A stretch of 64,000 bases of DNA, taken from Ophelia neglecta (taxonomy: Eukaryota). Position 1 is the stretch's first letter. Each line of letters opens with the position of its first letter. Both the position numbers and the translations under genes were made by a program. This document shows, piece by piece, positions 49,601 through 63,100 of the stretch. The stretch spans positions 31,744,001 to 31,808,000 of the forward strand of contig OZ260664.1 of the NCBI GenBank assembly GCA_965285935.1, in the 5' to 3' direction. The notes beneath the pieces were generated by a model. It ran no database searches. It saw only the letters and a program-made list of their open reading frames with translations, and was not told the DNA's origin.

Positions 49601-52451
49601 GTGATGGGGGGAGATGTTTTTGTTAATTTCTGACTTTTTACTGGCTGGTCATTATGGTTAAGTCTCAGATTACAGAGATAAGCAGTAGGCCGGCTGACTG
49701 ATTGACCATTATCTGATGGGGACACACTTACCTGGCTGTGATAATAGGCAAGGCCAGCCGGCACAAACAATGTACTATCAAGGGGTCAGCTTGTGTGGCT
49801 AAAGAATGGGACTTATCCAGGGTACATGGAATATTAAGAAATGCAGATCTTTTGTTTCGATTTTTGTGTTAATCAAATGGGTATGGTCAGTTATACAATT
49901 TAAAATGTATTTTAGATGTAGTTAGTCAGTCATGTGACCAGTTTACATCTTTTTGCCTGGCTCTGTTTAATTGATGACCCCTGTCATTAGCTAGGTGTCA
50001 ACTACAAACTCTCAGTCTGTCTGACAACTGACTTTCTATGTCAGACAGTCTAAGAGCCCCCCCCCCCCCCCCCGCCCCCAGCCCCAAATCAAATCAGAAA
50101 ACACACCTTTTGTTAGATTACATACATGTATGTGTGTATGGTCCAGCTTGTCTCCAGACTTGAGACACATCCCAGGTGAGTTGATTGGCTGTTATCTGGT
50201 GTCTGTGGTATGGTCTGTGACAGTCTAGTACCTGACAGCTGTACACGGCTTATTGTGAGGTCTGGCACTTGTAGAACTCCAGGCTGATTTCCTCCCGGCC
50301 TGAGATATCAGAATTGACTCAGTGTCACTGTGTGTGTCCACCACTGACTTGCTAGCCTGGCTGTCCAGTCATTGGTACCTTCTGGTCACCTGTGTCCAGT
50401 GTGTGGTCAGTTAGACTTCAGGATCAGAGGAAGCCACTACACTTAGCTCATCTGTGATACTTTTCATTCAATTTGGATTATTGTCCTCAGTTTGGCTTCC
50501 CAAGTGCAATTCGCCCTACAGGTAAATTATATATTATTGGGGTGTGTATATAATGTACATCTGATTCTTCAGCCATAGTTTTTGTTTATAAAACCCTAGA
50601 CTCCAGTGTGAATGCTCTACAGAACACAAACATCATTGTACAGATAGCAATTCAGGATTTTTTTAAATCTTCACAAAGTGTGGGTATGCCACATAAACAT
50701 GTACCTGTATGGCCTGTTCTACAATGCAGGCATAGAATCTGTATAAAAATAATATTAAGGGCAGTCATAGTTAATTAATAGTCTTGACTTTCATTTTTAG
50801 CAAAAAACTATGAAGTTCATTTTCATGTCACTGGGCTAGAACACTGGGTAATTGTATTAGAGATGATATGATTCAGACTCTTGGGATAGAAGCTTAAAAA
50901 TTGTTTCAATTAGTTAAAAGCTGGTGAACAAAACTAATTTAACCATGATAGAGTGTACATGTAACTTCCTATTTCATGTGTCTATCTTCAATCTTAAACA
51001 GTCCCTGCAGAGCCTTGTATATATCACAGGCCTTTATACCAATGTGCCAGGTCTGGCTACACTCCCTGAAATTGTTAAGACAATTTTAGTTAGCGATTCC
51101 CTGAGGTTTTAAATCCATTAACATGGTACTGTTCCCGTTGTTTACATTGTTATAAGTTTTACTTCAGTGTTTACAATAACTGTCTCCTGGTGATAATGAA
51201 TCCATTAGTAAAATTACCCACACCTATAGAAAAAGCATAGCCATTCTGATTTAATATGTCTTCAGGTGGCAAGCAGCCATTCTTAGGTGTTAAATGGAAT
51301 GGAAGAGTTAAGAAATCAGTTTGGTTTAATGGGAGTAGGCGGGCCTGTCCTGGTTGTCAGGTCTCCAGGGCTTAGGATACACCCATATCTTAGCAACTCT
51401 TATTGTACCATGATGCTCGGGATGGAATAAATTAAGGAGCTTGTATAATTGATTAAGGGACACATTACATGTGTGTATCTTATTAACCATTTATTGTTAA
51501 GCTTATTATTTGGATGGTATTTTATTTAAACTTGATCTCATTTTGGTCCATGTACATGCATATGGACATGTGCACTGTAGTTGCCCTTTTGAAAGTCCTT
51601 GCATAAAGCCCTTGATTAAAGGTAGCACATGTTTTTTTTGCAAATTTGATCATTTATTCATTTATTTTGAGTAGTTTGTGCTTTGAAGTAATGAAGAGAG
51701 TGTTTTTAGAATGGTTATTAGCCATCAGCTTAATATTAACTGATGGCGTGAGAGTAGATGGAACTTGGCTTTTCAAGATGGGGAAATGACAATGCATGTA
51801 CATGTACATGTACATGTAAGTTGGAGTATCTTTGCCACCTCAGCAGACATCACATCTTTTCAGTGTTAGGGCTGTAGAGTCTTAATATGAAGACATAATT
51901 CTTCCTAGTCTGTTGACTCAGCCAGTGTGGTTTGTTCACAAATCTCCAACTTAAGTGTTGGCAAACTTGTTGTTCTTGTCCCAGATAAACCATTGACAGT
52001 AGAGAGGTGAGACTTTTCAAGGGCCCTTGTGGGTACTTTGCCACTTCACCATACTGAGAATTCTCCCTTGGAGAGGCCCTCAGCCCATTATATTGTAATC
52101 TATCAAGGGCTACAGTAGTTAAGCTATTGGTTTGCTAGTTTTCCTCTGGGTGGTAATCTTTGAGTATTGGCCATGATGGACAAGCAAGTGTCAATGTACA
52201 ATGTCATACCAAGGTGTTAACACCTGTGTCAAGCCAAGACAAACAAGGCTTATCATGTTAGTATAGGCTGTGTTATGGTCTGAGGGTTAGGTGTGATTAG
52301 TGTAAAAAGTCTACACATTATTAAGTATTATGAATTCCATTTACTCGTGCATAAAGATTATTAGAGATTATTAAATTTGGAAGAGTCCCTAATACACCTT
52401 GACCCTCTAATGGCCAAAGACGGGTTAGTGGGGAAAGCCTCCAAGCATGTG

Positions 52452-52630
52452 TCTGGACTCACTCCATTGCCGGACAGTGCACCCGGCCCACTCCATTGCC
52501 GGACAGTGCACCCAGCTCACTCCATTGCCGGACAGTTCACCCGGCCCACTCCATTGCCGGACAGTTCACCCGGCCCACTCCATTGCCGGACAGTGCACCC
52601 AGCTCACTCCATTGCCGGACAGTGCACCCG
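52452..52630. repeat. Minisatellite, 29-bp unit (actccattgccggacagtgcacccggccc), ~6 copies
   Basis: Period 29 (52461, 52490 ...). Confidence 0.95.
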
Positions 52631-55600
52631 TCACCACACTGACGGAGGCATGTTTTATCAACGCATGACATGTTCCTCTAATTTAACATGACCACCATCT
52701 ATGGTTCCATGTAACTTCTGAATACAACAATGTTAAACTCAAGGCAATTGAACATGTGAACATGAGCATACTGGAAATATCTGGAATAGTGCATGGTCCT
52801 TCTCTCTGATTGAATGTGAATATGGAATAATTGTACTGCAGATTAGGAAATTTTCTTGAGATGGATACTTGCGAATATCAATAAATATCTGCTTTGAGGT
52901 CACAAATATGCCCTGTCTGTGATTTCCCTATGTAGTTCTATTTTCCAGGACAAACCTCTCACCAACATTGCTTGGCGACAAAATTTCATATGGAAAATGT
53001 ATGGTAAAATATTGTTCACAAAATTTTCCTGCTCAAAAAAATTTGTTGGTGTACAGTGACAATAACTTTAAATGTCTTGTACAGGAATCTTAGTCAAAGG
53101 AGTCTTAGTCAAAGATGAGATAGGTTCTGTCACAAAACTTGGCCTGATTTTTTTCCCACTTCCCGGCTGTAATTACTAACCAACTTTAAGCTGTCAAAGA
53201 AGATTCCAAAATGTCCCCAAACCTAACAAAATGACAAAACGGACAAGTGATTTGTACATTTGATCTCAGCGTAAAGCTCTTGTTTTCAGATGCTGTGATA
53301 TCTGATGCAGTATTTATGCCACAATCAATAAGCATTAGAATAAGTTCTGAGAATGTGAAAATCAGCAGGACTTTCTATTGTTGAAGTGTGCCTTTAATTG
53401 GCAGCTACTTCTGTCGGGATGATTTAGCCTCGTTTGAGCTTGCTTTCCTGTCAATATTTGTCTGTTGGATTGATCAATAGACACTGATGTGATGCTTTGT
53501 GGGTTTAAATAGAAAGAAATTGCACTGCTTTTAGCTCCTACATCAGAGTAAATACAAGAACGGGGCTCAACAACATGTATGTCACAGGTTTGAAGCACAA
53601 TTTGTCGTTTGGAACCCGCTGTGCATTTTACACCCACCTGTTTGCAAGAAACAAGGTTTTTACCATTACAGAAGTGTGATTTAGACCCATGCAACCTGCT
53701 TATTAAAGGAACAGTGTTAGGTAGGAGCATGCTGCGAGCTTTGATTCTGGCCTATTATGAACATGTTGAAGCAGACGTACATGTACCATATTATACAGGT
53801 ACATCCTGTAGATGCAGTTTAGTGTTCCTGTCATCAAGTTCTACTCCAAGTCTTCCATCTGACTGACCAGCAATCCACTATGTGTGCTGTACGTGTATTA
53901 TAACAACCGCATCTGTAGTTTATAATAAAAGAAGGGAAAATCCTGTCTTCATCTTCTGTGAGGATTGAGGTTGTTTTCAGATAACAATTGCCGCTAGACA
54001 GCTACAGTTGTATATAAATAACAGACAAGCACATCATAGTGATCTACATAATGGTAGATTTATTTATGTACACAATAATGAAGCCTCCAGGTAAAGCTGT
54101 GATTAAAAACACTTATGTCTCTCATTCTAAACCCCAGCCTAGTTGTCCCCGTAGCCTGGCACTGTAACTGAAGGGAGGTGATTAGTGTTGAGTTTGCTTC
54201 CAGGGATCTCCTCGATACACATATCTCCCGTTGTTTTATTGTGTTTACAACAAACCAGATTCCTCTGTCCCTACCCTCCCCGCAACCAACACCTTGATAA
54301 TGGAAAATGGTGCGACAAAAACCTAAATTGACACCAAATCAAATACAATGATTTTAATAATTAAATGGATGCATTTGCGTGTTCTCCGTAGGTATTGTCT
54401 GCAATTTCTTTAGAGGTGTTAACAATGAATTGAATGGAACAAAGTCAGTGTATGCAGTGCTTCAAGGTCCAATACAGTGTTTTTGCTGCATAGAATTTGT
54501 AGCAAAAATATTTCTGCCATTGTGTTATTGTTGATTTTGGTCGCTTTAGTCTAGAACTAACTTCCAAGTTATCTATATATCTATAGTATTCTCAGTTGTA
54601 TGTGAGTGCTAGCCAGGGATATTCCTGCTACATTGTTACATGGGCAGAGCTGTGAAAGCTGCTGAAGATTGAGGCTTTGATTTCTACAAGAACACACATG
54701 ATCCAAGCCTGTGTTATACACATGATCCATCTGTGTTATACAATTCCTATCTAACAGTGCCCAGTATATTTGTCCACAAGCCTCATTTACAGCTCACAGA
54801 TGGCAAATTTAGGGAATACAGAAAGCTGTGATTGCATTTTTAATTAGATCAAAAGATCATTCATCAATAGAGTTATAGTTTAATAATCTTAACTAGGTTA
54901 ATTAAGCAGGTAATCAAAGGGTTAAAGAGCAGTATTTGCCTGCTGATTGTCTGGCTGGGTGTATTTAAATCTGGGATCTTCTCCGATTGTGTCACACAAA
55001 TAAATCAGGATTCCCATTACACATCAGAATATTGATCAAGCTCCAGTGAAAAGTGTGAATTTATACATAATTCATCTGCCATTGTTGTGATGACAGCCTC
55101 GTGTTTGGTCCATGCAGGCTTGGAGAATCGTCTGTGACAACTCGGCCACTTTTGTCTAGTGATTAAATATGAGGTAAGACGGAGAAATCTAATTTACACT
55201 TTCCTTTATTTAATTGCAGGAAATTGCAATATTCAATTATGACTTTTTTCCATAGTGTTCGCTAGCCACAGCAAACACCAATAGCTATTTGCTGACATCT
55301 GTAGTATACAGCATACAGGAGCCCAGGAAATGATGGCCAGTTAGCTGGCAAATTCTCATTGGGCACCAATACTTTGCACCCCATTATAACCATCTAATAC
55401 CCAAGTTTCATTTAACATCACCTCAATAGCCACTTTTTTCTAGTGGCAAAAAGTCATGTTGCAATCTCTGTCAATAGTTCACGCCACCAAAATATTGTCT
55501 GTGGTTTTCAGTGTACCTGTTGTGTTATACACTTACTGTAACACTAAGAGTGGCATTTCTAGTGTTAGAAAACTCCAACAATGGCCATAAACAACAGATA

Positions 55601-56135
55601 CCCGGTACATTAGGTAGTCAGGGTAGTTTTGCAGCGAGCACCTTTTTCAGTTTCAGTTGATCATGTTTTGTTTTGTTGGCAGACGACTTCTCTTGTTTCC
55701 TCATTATCAACATATGTGACACAACTTGTTCATTAATGGAACAGGCAGATGATTAGTTACAATGACAGTTTTTGGCAAATATAGCAAACAATTACAGCCA
55801 TGTTATTTTATATTCATTATACATGACACTTTAGAATGTACAGGTGCTTAAAGCCTATTTATATCCAGCTGGAGAATCATGTGACTTGACTTTTTGTAAC
55901 CAATCATTGAGTGTTTTTTCCTCATATAAATGATCAGTGCACTTACCATCGAATGATGGAGTCAGGACATTTTTGTAAGATAAAACACATGCACAATGAC
56001 TGACATATCCTGATGTCTCTCCATAATGACCAAAAACCAGTCTCACTCAGTTACCCCGGTATTGGGATTTCAATTGTTTCTTTCATAACTACCTAATTAC
56101 ACTATCATGCACCACTACAATTGAAAGATTGTTAC

Positions 56136-56335
56136 TGTAGTCATTGTTTATAGGATCCTCTCTCCCAAAGACATATTGTTAGTCATTGTTTTATAGAACC
56201 CTCTCAACCAAAGATGTATCGGTAGTCATTGTTTTATAGTACCCTCTCAACCAAAGATGTATCGGTAGTCATTGTTTTATAGAACCCTCTCACCCAAAGA
56301 CATACGAGTAGACATTGTTTTTATAGAACCCTCTC
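56136..56335. repeat. Minisatellite, ~43-bp unit (gtagtcattgttttatagaaccctctcaaccaaagatgtatcg), ~4.5 copies
   Basis: Direct tandem units. Confidence 0.9.
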
Positions 56336-58262
56336 CAATGCCCCTCCATGTTCCTGTAGAACCCGTTTTCCATTTCAAGCCCCCCCCCCCCCCCCCCCGC
56401 TCCCAGTGGACAAAGCTTTAGATGGGTCGCTGTGTTTTAGGGGGAGTATGACAAGGTACATTGTCCTGTGTGATGAGATGTCTCATCTGCTGGACAGACA
56501 GCCATCCGTTCACCCCTATCTCCTCTTTGTCTTGGCCATTGTGTGTCCTGTCCATCTTCTGATAGACCTCCCTTCCTGCCGCTATAGTTACCCCATTCCC
56601 AGGTGTTGTTCCCCGTGCCCAGTTTACCAGTCTTTCTTGCCATGGTGACTACCTTCTCATCATGCCCTCCTCCTTTTGTCTAAGAAAACATTAACTTAGC
56701 CCTTAGGGCCAAGTCATAGATTACTGATTTGTAAATTGAACTCATGTGGCTAAGGCTGTTATTTTCTAAATTGCTACATGTGTTCAAAAGGCAGCATTAC
56801 TGGATCATGACTTCGTTGTTGGAAAAATGCTCATGTATTTGTATAAGTATGTGGCACACACATATACATGTACAAGTATATATACAATTGTGGCTCAATG
56901 TAGAAAAGCTAGAAAAAGAAAATAGAAATATTAGATATAACTTTACAATAAATGCACTTGCACTTGTATACATGTATATGCTTTCATTTTTAGGGCATAT
57001 TATAAAGCATTACTAGAGAAAATCCTAGGTATTTTTTTTGCTGATTTCTCACAAACACATATAAAGTCATATCTGTGTGAATACCACCGGTCTGTTATGT
57101 ATCCCCCCTGAGGTCTGCCGGCATCTACAGAGTGCCGCAGTTGTTACTGGCTCTTGTCAGCCAGTCCACCGTCCACTGAGAGTCCACCATTTGAATATGT
57201 TAAAGGTGTTAGAATTCATTCAAGATTGTTATAGAAAATAACTTTTCAAACAATGAGAGCATGATAGTGTGTCCCAAATGGTAAAATGACAAGAGTAAAT
57301 CTAGATGCCAGTCTGCCATCCTCCAACTCTCTTGACTGTGCATGTAACTTTTAAAAATAATTTATCATTCCACCACTTTAATACAATTGCTACTGGCCTC
57401 ACTCTCCTTGGAGGTCACTTTACAAGGCAGGGGACCCTCTTAACAAGTCTCCAGACTGGATATGTAATTATGACTAATAGGAGCTTTCTTTCTGGCTGTT
57501 CACCACCCTTTATTTTGAGTAGAATGTTAATTATCAGACTAGTTTGAAGAATCCCTACAAGTGGTCTGAAAAATGCACAAGATTGGTGACAAGCATGGAA
57601 GCCTACCCCTCCTATGGGTTTACGAATTGCCCTGTCGAGATCGCCTTGATAAAAAAAGGAGATCTCCTCGATAAAGAATGGCAATAATTACTTTAACGAG
57701 AAACACCTGTCAATGAAAACAATGATAAAAATAAAAGCACCACAATCAGAGCAAAAAAAAAGGATCGCTGTCTTATTTTTTTCAGCCAAATTTATTCTTT
57801 TTTCCTCATTAAACAAAAGGTTGTGCACCAAAGCATAGCTTATGAAGTTGGTGCAGAACTTTAAATTTTAACGAAGCCACTTTTGAATGATGTGCTTCAA
57901 GAGAAAGATCATGTCAGGTATGAATCAGATAATTAGGAGTTCACAAAACCACGATTGTGCTTTTATCGATATTTACCCAGTTATGTTTATAGTAAATGTT
58001 AGACTCCCACTCCCTCCGTCCACAACACCCTTCTCTCCTTTCTCTCCCATCTTTCTTCCTCTCCTCCTTCTTCTCCCACAAATACTAGTTTTTTTTATTA
58101 TGTTTAATGGCTTTTTGAATTCCATTTGTTTATGCCTGTTAGAGAAACCCAAAAGCTTCTTCTCTAAACTCTTTAAAATTCCCTGTGAATTTGAGGGGCA
58201 GAAGTTCTCACATTTTCATTTGGCAGAGTTAACTGATGTAGACAGAAGAGTAGGGAGATGTT

Positions 58263-58741
58263 TGAAGAGGTCAGGGTATTTGGTGGCCCATGTGATGTCA
58301 GAAGAGGTCAGGGTATTTGGTGGCCCATGTGATGTCAGAAGAGGTGAGGGTATTTGGTGGCCCATGTGATTACAGAAGAGGTGAGGGTATTTGGTGGCCC
58401 ATGTGATTACAGAAGAGGTCAGGGTATGGGGGTCCATGTGATGTCAGAAGAGGTCAGGGTATTTGGTGGCCCATGTGATGTCAGAAGAGGTCAGGGTATG
58501 GGGGTCCATGTGATGTCAGAAGAGGTCAGGGTATTTGGTGGCCCATGTGATGTCAGAAGAGGTCAGGGTATGGGGGTCCATGTGATGTCAGAAGAGGTCA
58601 GGGTATGGGGGTCCATGTGATGTCAGAAGAGGTCAGGGTATGGGGGCCCATGTGATGTCAGAAGAGGTCAGGGTATGATGGCCCAGGTGATGTCAGAAGA
58701 GGTCAGGGTATGGGGGTCCATGTGATGTCAGAAGAGGTCAG
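58263..58741. repeat. Minisatellite with 37-bp and 35-bp variants (gaagaggtcagggtat[ttggtggc|gggggt]ccatgtgatgtca), ~13 copies
   Basis: 37-bp units on the left, 35-bp units on the right, alternating 72-bp pairs in the middle. Confidence 0.95.
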
Positions 58742-59656
58742 ATTGGTCTCAGTCGACATCAATTTTAATCTAAAAAAAAGACGTATATAGAGGATTCAAA
58801 GTATTATACGTTTATAAAAATGCTCGGCCTCCTACACAGGTAAATCCAATCTTTGTTATACCATCTACGATATGTACATATAAGTAGACTTCTGTTAGAA
58901 AATAATCTAATGATACAACTACATGCATTGTTATATATATACACCATGATGTGTATAGCTATATACGTGTATATATATATATCTATATCTATATCTCTAT
59001 CTATTCTTGATGATGAACTTGAAAGCTCAATATTGGTAAGATCAATTCAGATGTCTAAGTCTAGAGCTAATAAATAATGTACATGTACATGTAAATGACA
59101 GCAAATAAAAACATGGGCTTTACTGTGTATTGTACTAGAAAAACACAGTAACCATTAAAAAAGATATGCAGGAATATTAAATAATTGCAGATCCATTTCC
59201 TTAGCAGTCCTGTTTATTACAATACTGTTCACCTGTAATGAGATTTTACCTGTGGTACATCACCTGGTTATTTTTGAATTCTGTTAATTAGAACTGTGTA
59301 TTAAGAGTGTATAATTGGTTTGTGCATCCTGCCAGCGTTACCTGCTGTGGCTGGCTCCAAGCTGTCTGTAATGACGCTGGCAATGACAGACAGCAGGATG
59401 ACTGCTGGCCACTTACAGGTGTATTGTAAGAATATTACCTCTGCTAAATCAACCTCATACCCCAGGCAACAATCTGCTCCTGACCTGAGCACTTATAGAG
59501 CTGAAACAAAACGTGTGACATCTCTGCAAGACATTCCAATTTTATGTATTTATATTGATACAATGACTCATTTAAAAAAGAGGTATTGATAAAATTAGAT
59601 AAAGAAAACTAAAATAAATGACTGAGTAGAGTAGAAAAGAACTTTATACTCCATAT

Positions 59657-59875
59657 CTAACTCAGTTTATGATTTGTAGCAGTCCTGATAAACTAAGGTT
59701 ATGATTTGTAGCAGTCCTGATAAACTAAGGTTATGATTTGTAGCAGTCCTGATAAACTAAGGTTATGATTTGTAGCAGTCCTGGTAAACTCAAGTAATGA
59801 TTTGTAGCAGTCCTGATAAACTCAGGTTATGATTTGTAGCAGTCGTGATAAACTCAGGTTATGATTTGATAAACT
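59657..59875. repeat. Minisatellite, 32-bp unit (ggttatgatttgtagcagtcctgataaactaa), ~7 copies
   Basis: Period 32 (59669, 59701 ...). Confidence 0.95.
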
Positions 59876-59917
59876 ACAGTTTCTGACTGTATGCTGGGGA
59901 AAAGTTCTACTAAGAGA

Positions 59918-60186
59918 ATGGCATGACTCGAGTGTAATGCATGAATCGATGGAACGGCATGACTTGCATGTATGACTAGCATGTGCAGCTAGACTTGAAG
60001 GAGTGTCATGACTGGAGTGAGAGGCAGGACTCAAGTGAGATTTGACCTGAGCAAGGCCTAATTCTGGTAAATGGCATGACTAGAGTGAGCAGCAAGACTT
60101 GAGCAGGCCATGACTTGAACAAGGAATGACTTGAGCCTGACTCAAGAGAGGCGTGACTCGAGTGAGCAGCATGACTTGAGTGAGCG
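59918..60186. repeat. Old degenerate 18-bp minisatellite (gcatgactcgagtgagca)
   Basis: gcatga anchors at 59921, 59939, 59957 and 60151, 60169. Confidence 0.8.
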
Positions 60187-63100
60187 CTCATTGTTCTTCT
60201 CTGCCATACAGTGTTCTTTGACAGGGATCCAATAGTGATCCATCCAGAGGATAGGTTTCTCTGAAGTAGAGAAGCTTTCTCCAATGTTTCCACATTCTCT
60301 TAAGCAGAAACCTTTCCACATCTTTCCTTACAAAAATAAATTCTCCAACCAGGCACCATTTTCTTGGCAGACACCATTTTTCCAAGTGTTCCTGGGTCTC
60401 CTCAGCTAAGACCTACCCTCACCCCCCTCCTGTCTGCCCCTCAATCTCACACAAATAAAGGCATTCCTTAAGTCTTTACCACCTTCATTACCAGTCTGTT
60501 ATAATATACCTACACTGGTCTCTCATACCAGCAGAGACCTTTCGAGTAAGGGTAAACCATCCCTCGTTTCTAACCTGTCTGTGTGGACCCCCCCCCCCCC
60601 CAACAAGCAGCCATCTTAGCCAAGTCCCCCATGTATTGACCAGAGGCCACCTCCCACCTAAGGCGGCATTGTGGTCATATTACCACCCTGATTAACTAAC
60701 ATCTCCTTGGGGCCCTTAACACAATGCCATCATCTACTGCTAACTAAATTATCACCACAGAAAAACAACACCTTTCCGGGGTACAGGTGCTAATTGTATC
60801 ATTGCCACCATATATTTGCTGCCTATTATATTCCTGTATATATGATTCCTACTTGGAATACAAATTTCTTTAGCTTCTTCCCGAAGGAAAACAGTTAATG
60901 AAACAAACATTCTACCTTGCATAGTTGATTAGGGGCTAATTAGAAGTATGTGCAGCAAATTGATTTGCAAATAGCTTTCTAGGAATTGCTGCTTTTAGCA
61001 TCATGTTATAAGATGTATACAAAGGGTGATGTATGTATTGCCTGAAAGCCAGGTATAACCGACTCGTGCAGCCTTTTCACATTGTTGACATCCGGCTTCT
61101 TGAATCCACAAATACAGTCACAAGTAAACAGTTGTCTGTTCTCTCCTACTTGTTTGTCAACAATTGTGTATAATTTCCCTCTAAATGAGCATAATGTATT
61201 TACAAGTGTCACATTCTGTCACTAGTGTATCATTTCTCAAGTCAATAGTCTGTATTGAGGGAAGTATGTAGAAGTGTATGTGATCTGTTGACTAACAGAC
61301 GCAAGTTGATTCCTGTTCAATTGTCTACTCTGATACTGTGAATATTTTCTACCTTATTTAATGAACTATTTCTAGAAGTGTGAAGTATTGACAAGTTTTT
61401 GTTCATTCCTTGCATACTTTATGATGCCTTCCACATGGAGATCTAGCCGTCTCTGTTTCTGTTTCCTGTTAGCTTGGATAGAAACAGACAACTTTATGTA
61501 AAAGTTTTCAAAACAAATCAGTAGGTACACGAGGATGATGTCTCAATGAGGCTGAGAAGTGGGAGACTCCCGGGGGCAGACACCAGGCCAGCCTGTGTAG
61601 AATCACTGGGAGATCGGCAGTAAAAGCCCGCTAAACGCTCAACTAAGTGGCAACATGATGCCAGCCTGTGTTTCTAATTATGCTGACAAGCACCCCGAGG
61701 TTTGGCGGAGGTTTGGCAGGGAGTTGATACTGTGCTGTTCCAGGTATCTCCTCGTACCTGATACCCTGCTAGCCCTCCACTGACAACCCGTCATGGTATC
61801 CCGAGAAAATGTCTTGACCCAGACAAAGGCTGGGGGCATCTTGCATTATCTACATGATAATTCATATTGAAAAATATTCACTTCTACCTATTTCACTATG
61901 TGAGCAAAGAAACTATTTTTTAGTTCAAAAGCCTCAACAAGGCTAAGTGTAGGATGCACATTCTTAAATTTCCCACCATCTTCCTTAAACACTTGATTAC
62001 TAGTTTTTCCTGCTGGTACCTTGGAGAAATGGGTGTTAACCTCCAATTGGGTAAAGTACCTTCTGAAACCCAAACCTAATCAGCACTGGATGTGATGCTA
62101 TCAATGATACTAGCTTGATACAGGCATGCATCCCTAATTTTCTGACTTATTTTTTGCTGTAGTATTGATTAGGAGTGTTGCATGGAATCCGATGATTCAT
62201 TTAGTAGATGTGTTGCCGACTGATCATGTAATACTAATCAAATCTTATTTAATTGAACATTGGGCAGTTCATGTTGTGTGTTTTCGATGAATAACAATCT
62301 TTTCACCCTTGAAATCCTTTTGAATGCATCCAAGTGAAACTAGCTCATGTCCAAATGAAAAGTGCCAATGAGGACAGGCATGTTGGACAAAGACAGCCAT
62401 TGATTAGAAGGAGATACAAGGGAAATACAATGAAACTGAATTAATTTACGTCTGAAATGTTGACTGTTGGGTACTTGTTTTTGTCAAGTGTTCTGAAAAC
62501 CAGACTAGTGCTATTGATAGAAAGTGATCTTTGTTTTTTTGCATGCGGCTGATTGCTTTTCTGGGCTGTTTCCCCACTATTGACTTGATCAAATCAACAT
62601 TCTCTGTTACAAGCTAGGCGTAATGATGATTAGAAAGGCAATCAAGCAACCACCATTAAAACAATTCAAATATTGGTGGTAGTGAAAAATCCGGATGTGT
62701 TCCTCATTGTCTTAGTAATTGGTGGAAAAAAGTAATTGTTATTAAGTAAGGGTCTTTCACTAATTTGTAGGGTGTGCATGTCAGCTTCTCCTTTTGATAA
62801 GGCATCACATATCATTTAGAACATGAAAAACCTTCACACTACATCTTTGTCACTTTATACACTAATTACTGGCCCATTATACTTTCCCACTCTTTGATTA
62901 GTATTTGATGTAACTCTATTGAAGTTTGATTAGATTTAAACAGGACTTTTTATGTGATTGTTCCATTTTTACAGGTCCCTGTCAAATCTGAATGGGTTCA
63001 TATTGTTGTTTTCTGAATATTTTTTACAACAGGTATATTTAATTCAATATCTTAAATTGCTTTTAATTTGACAATTGAAACCAATTTCATAGCCTATGAA

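Noticed and set aside
49722-49740. ACTTACCTGGC resembling the U1 snRNA 5' end or a minus-strand donor
   Set aside because: No further U1 similarity; isolated donor motifs are expected by chance.
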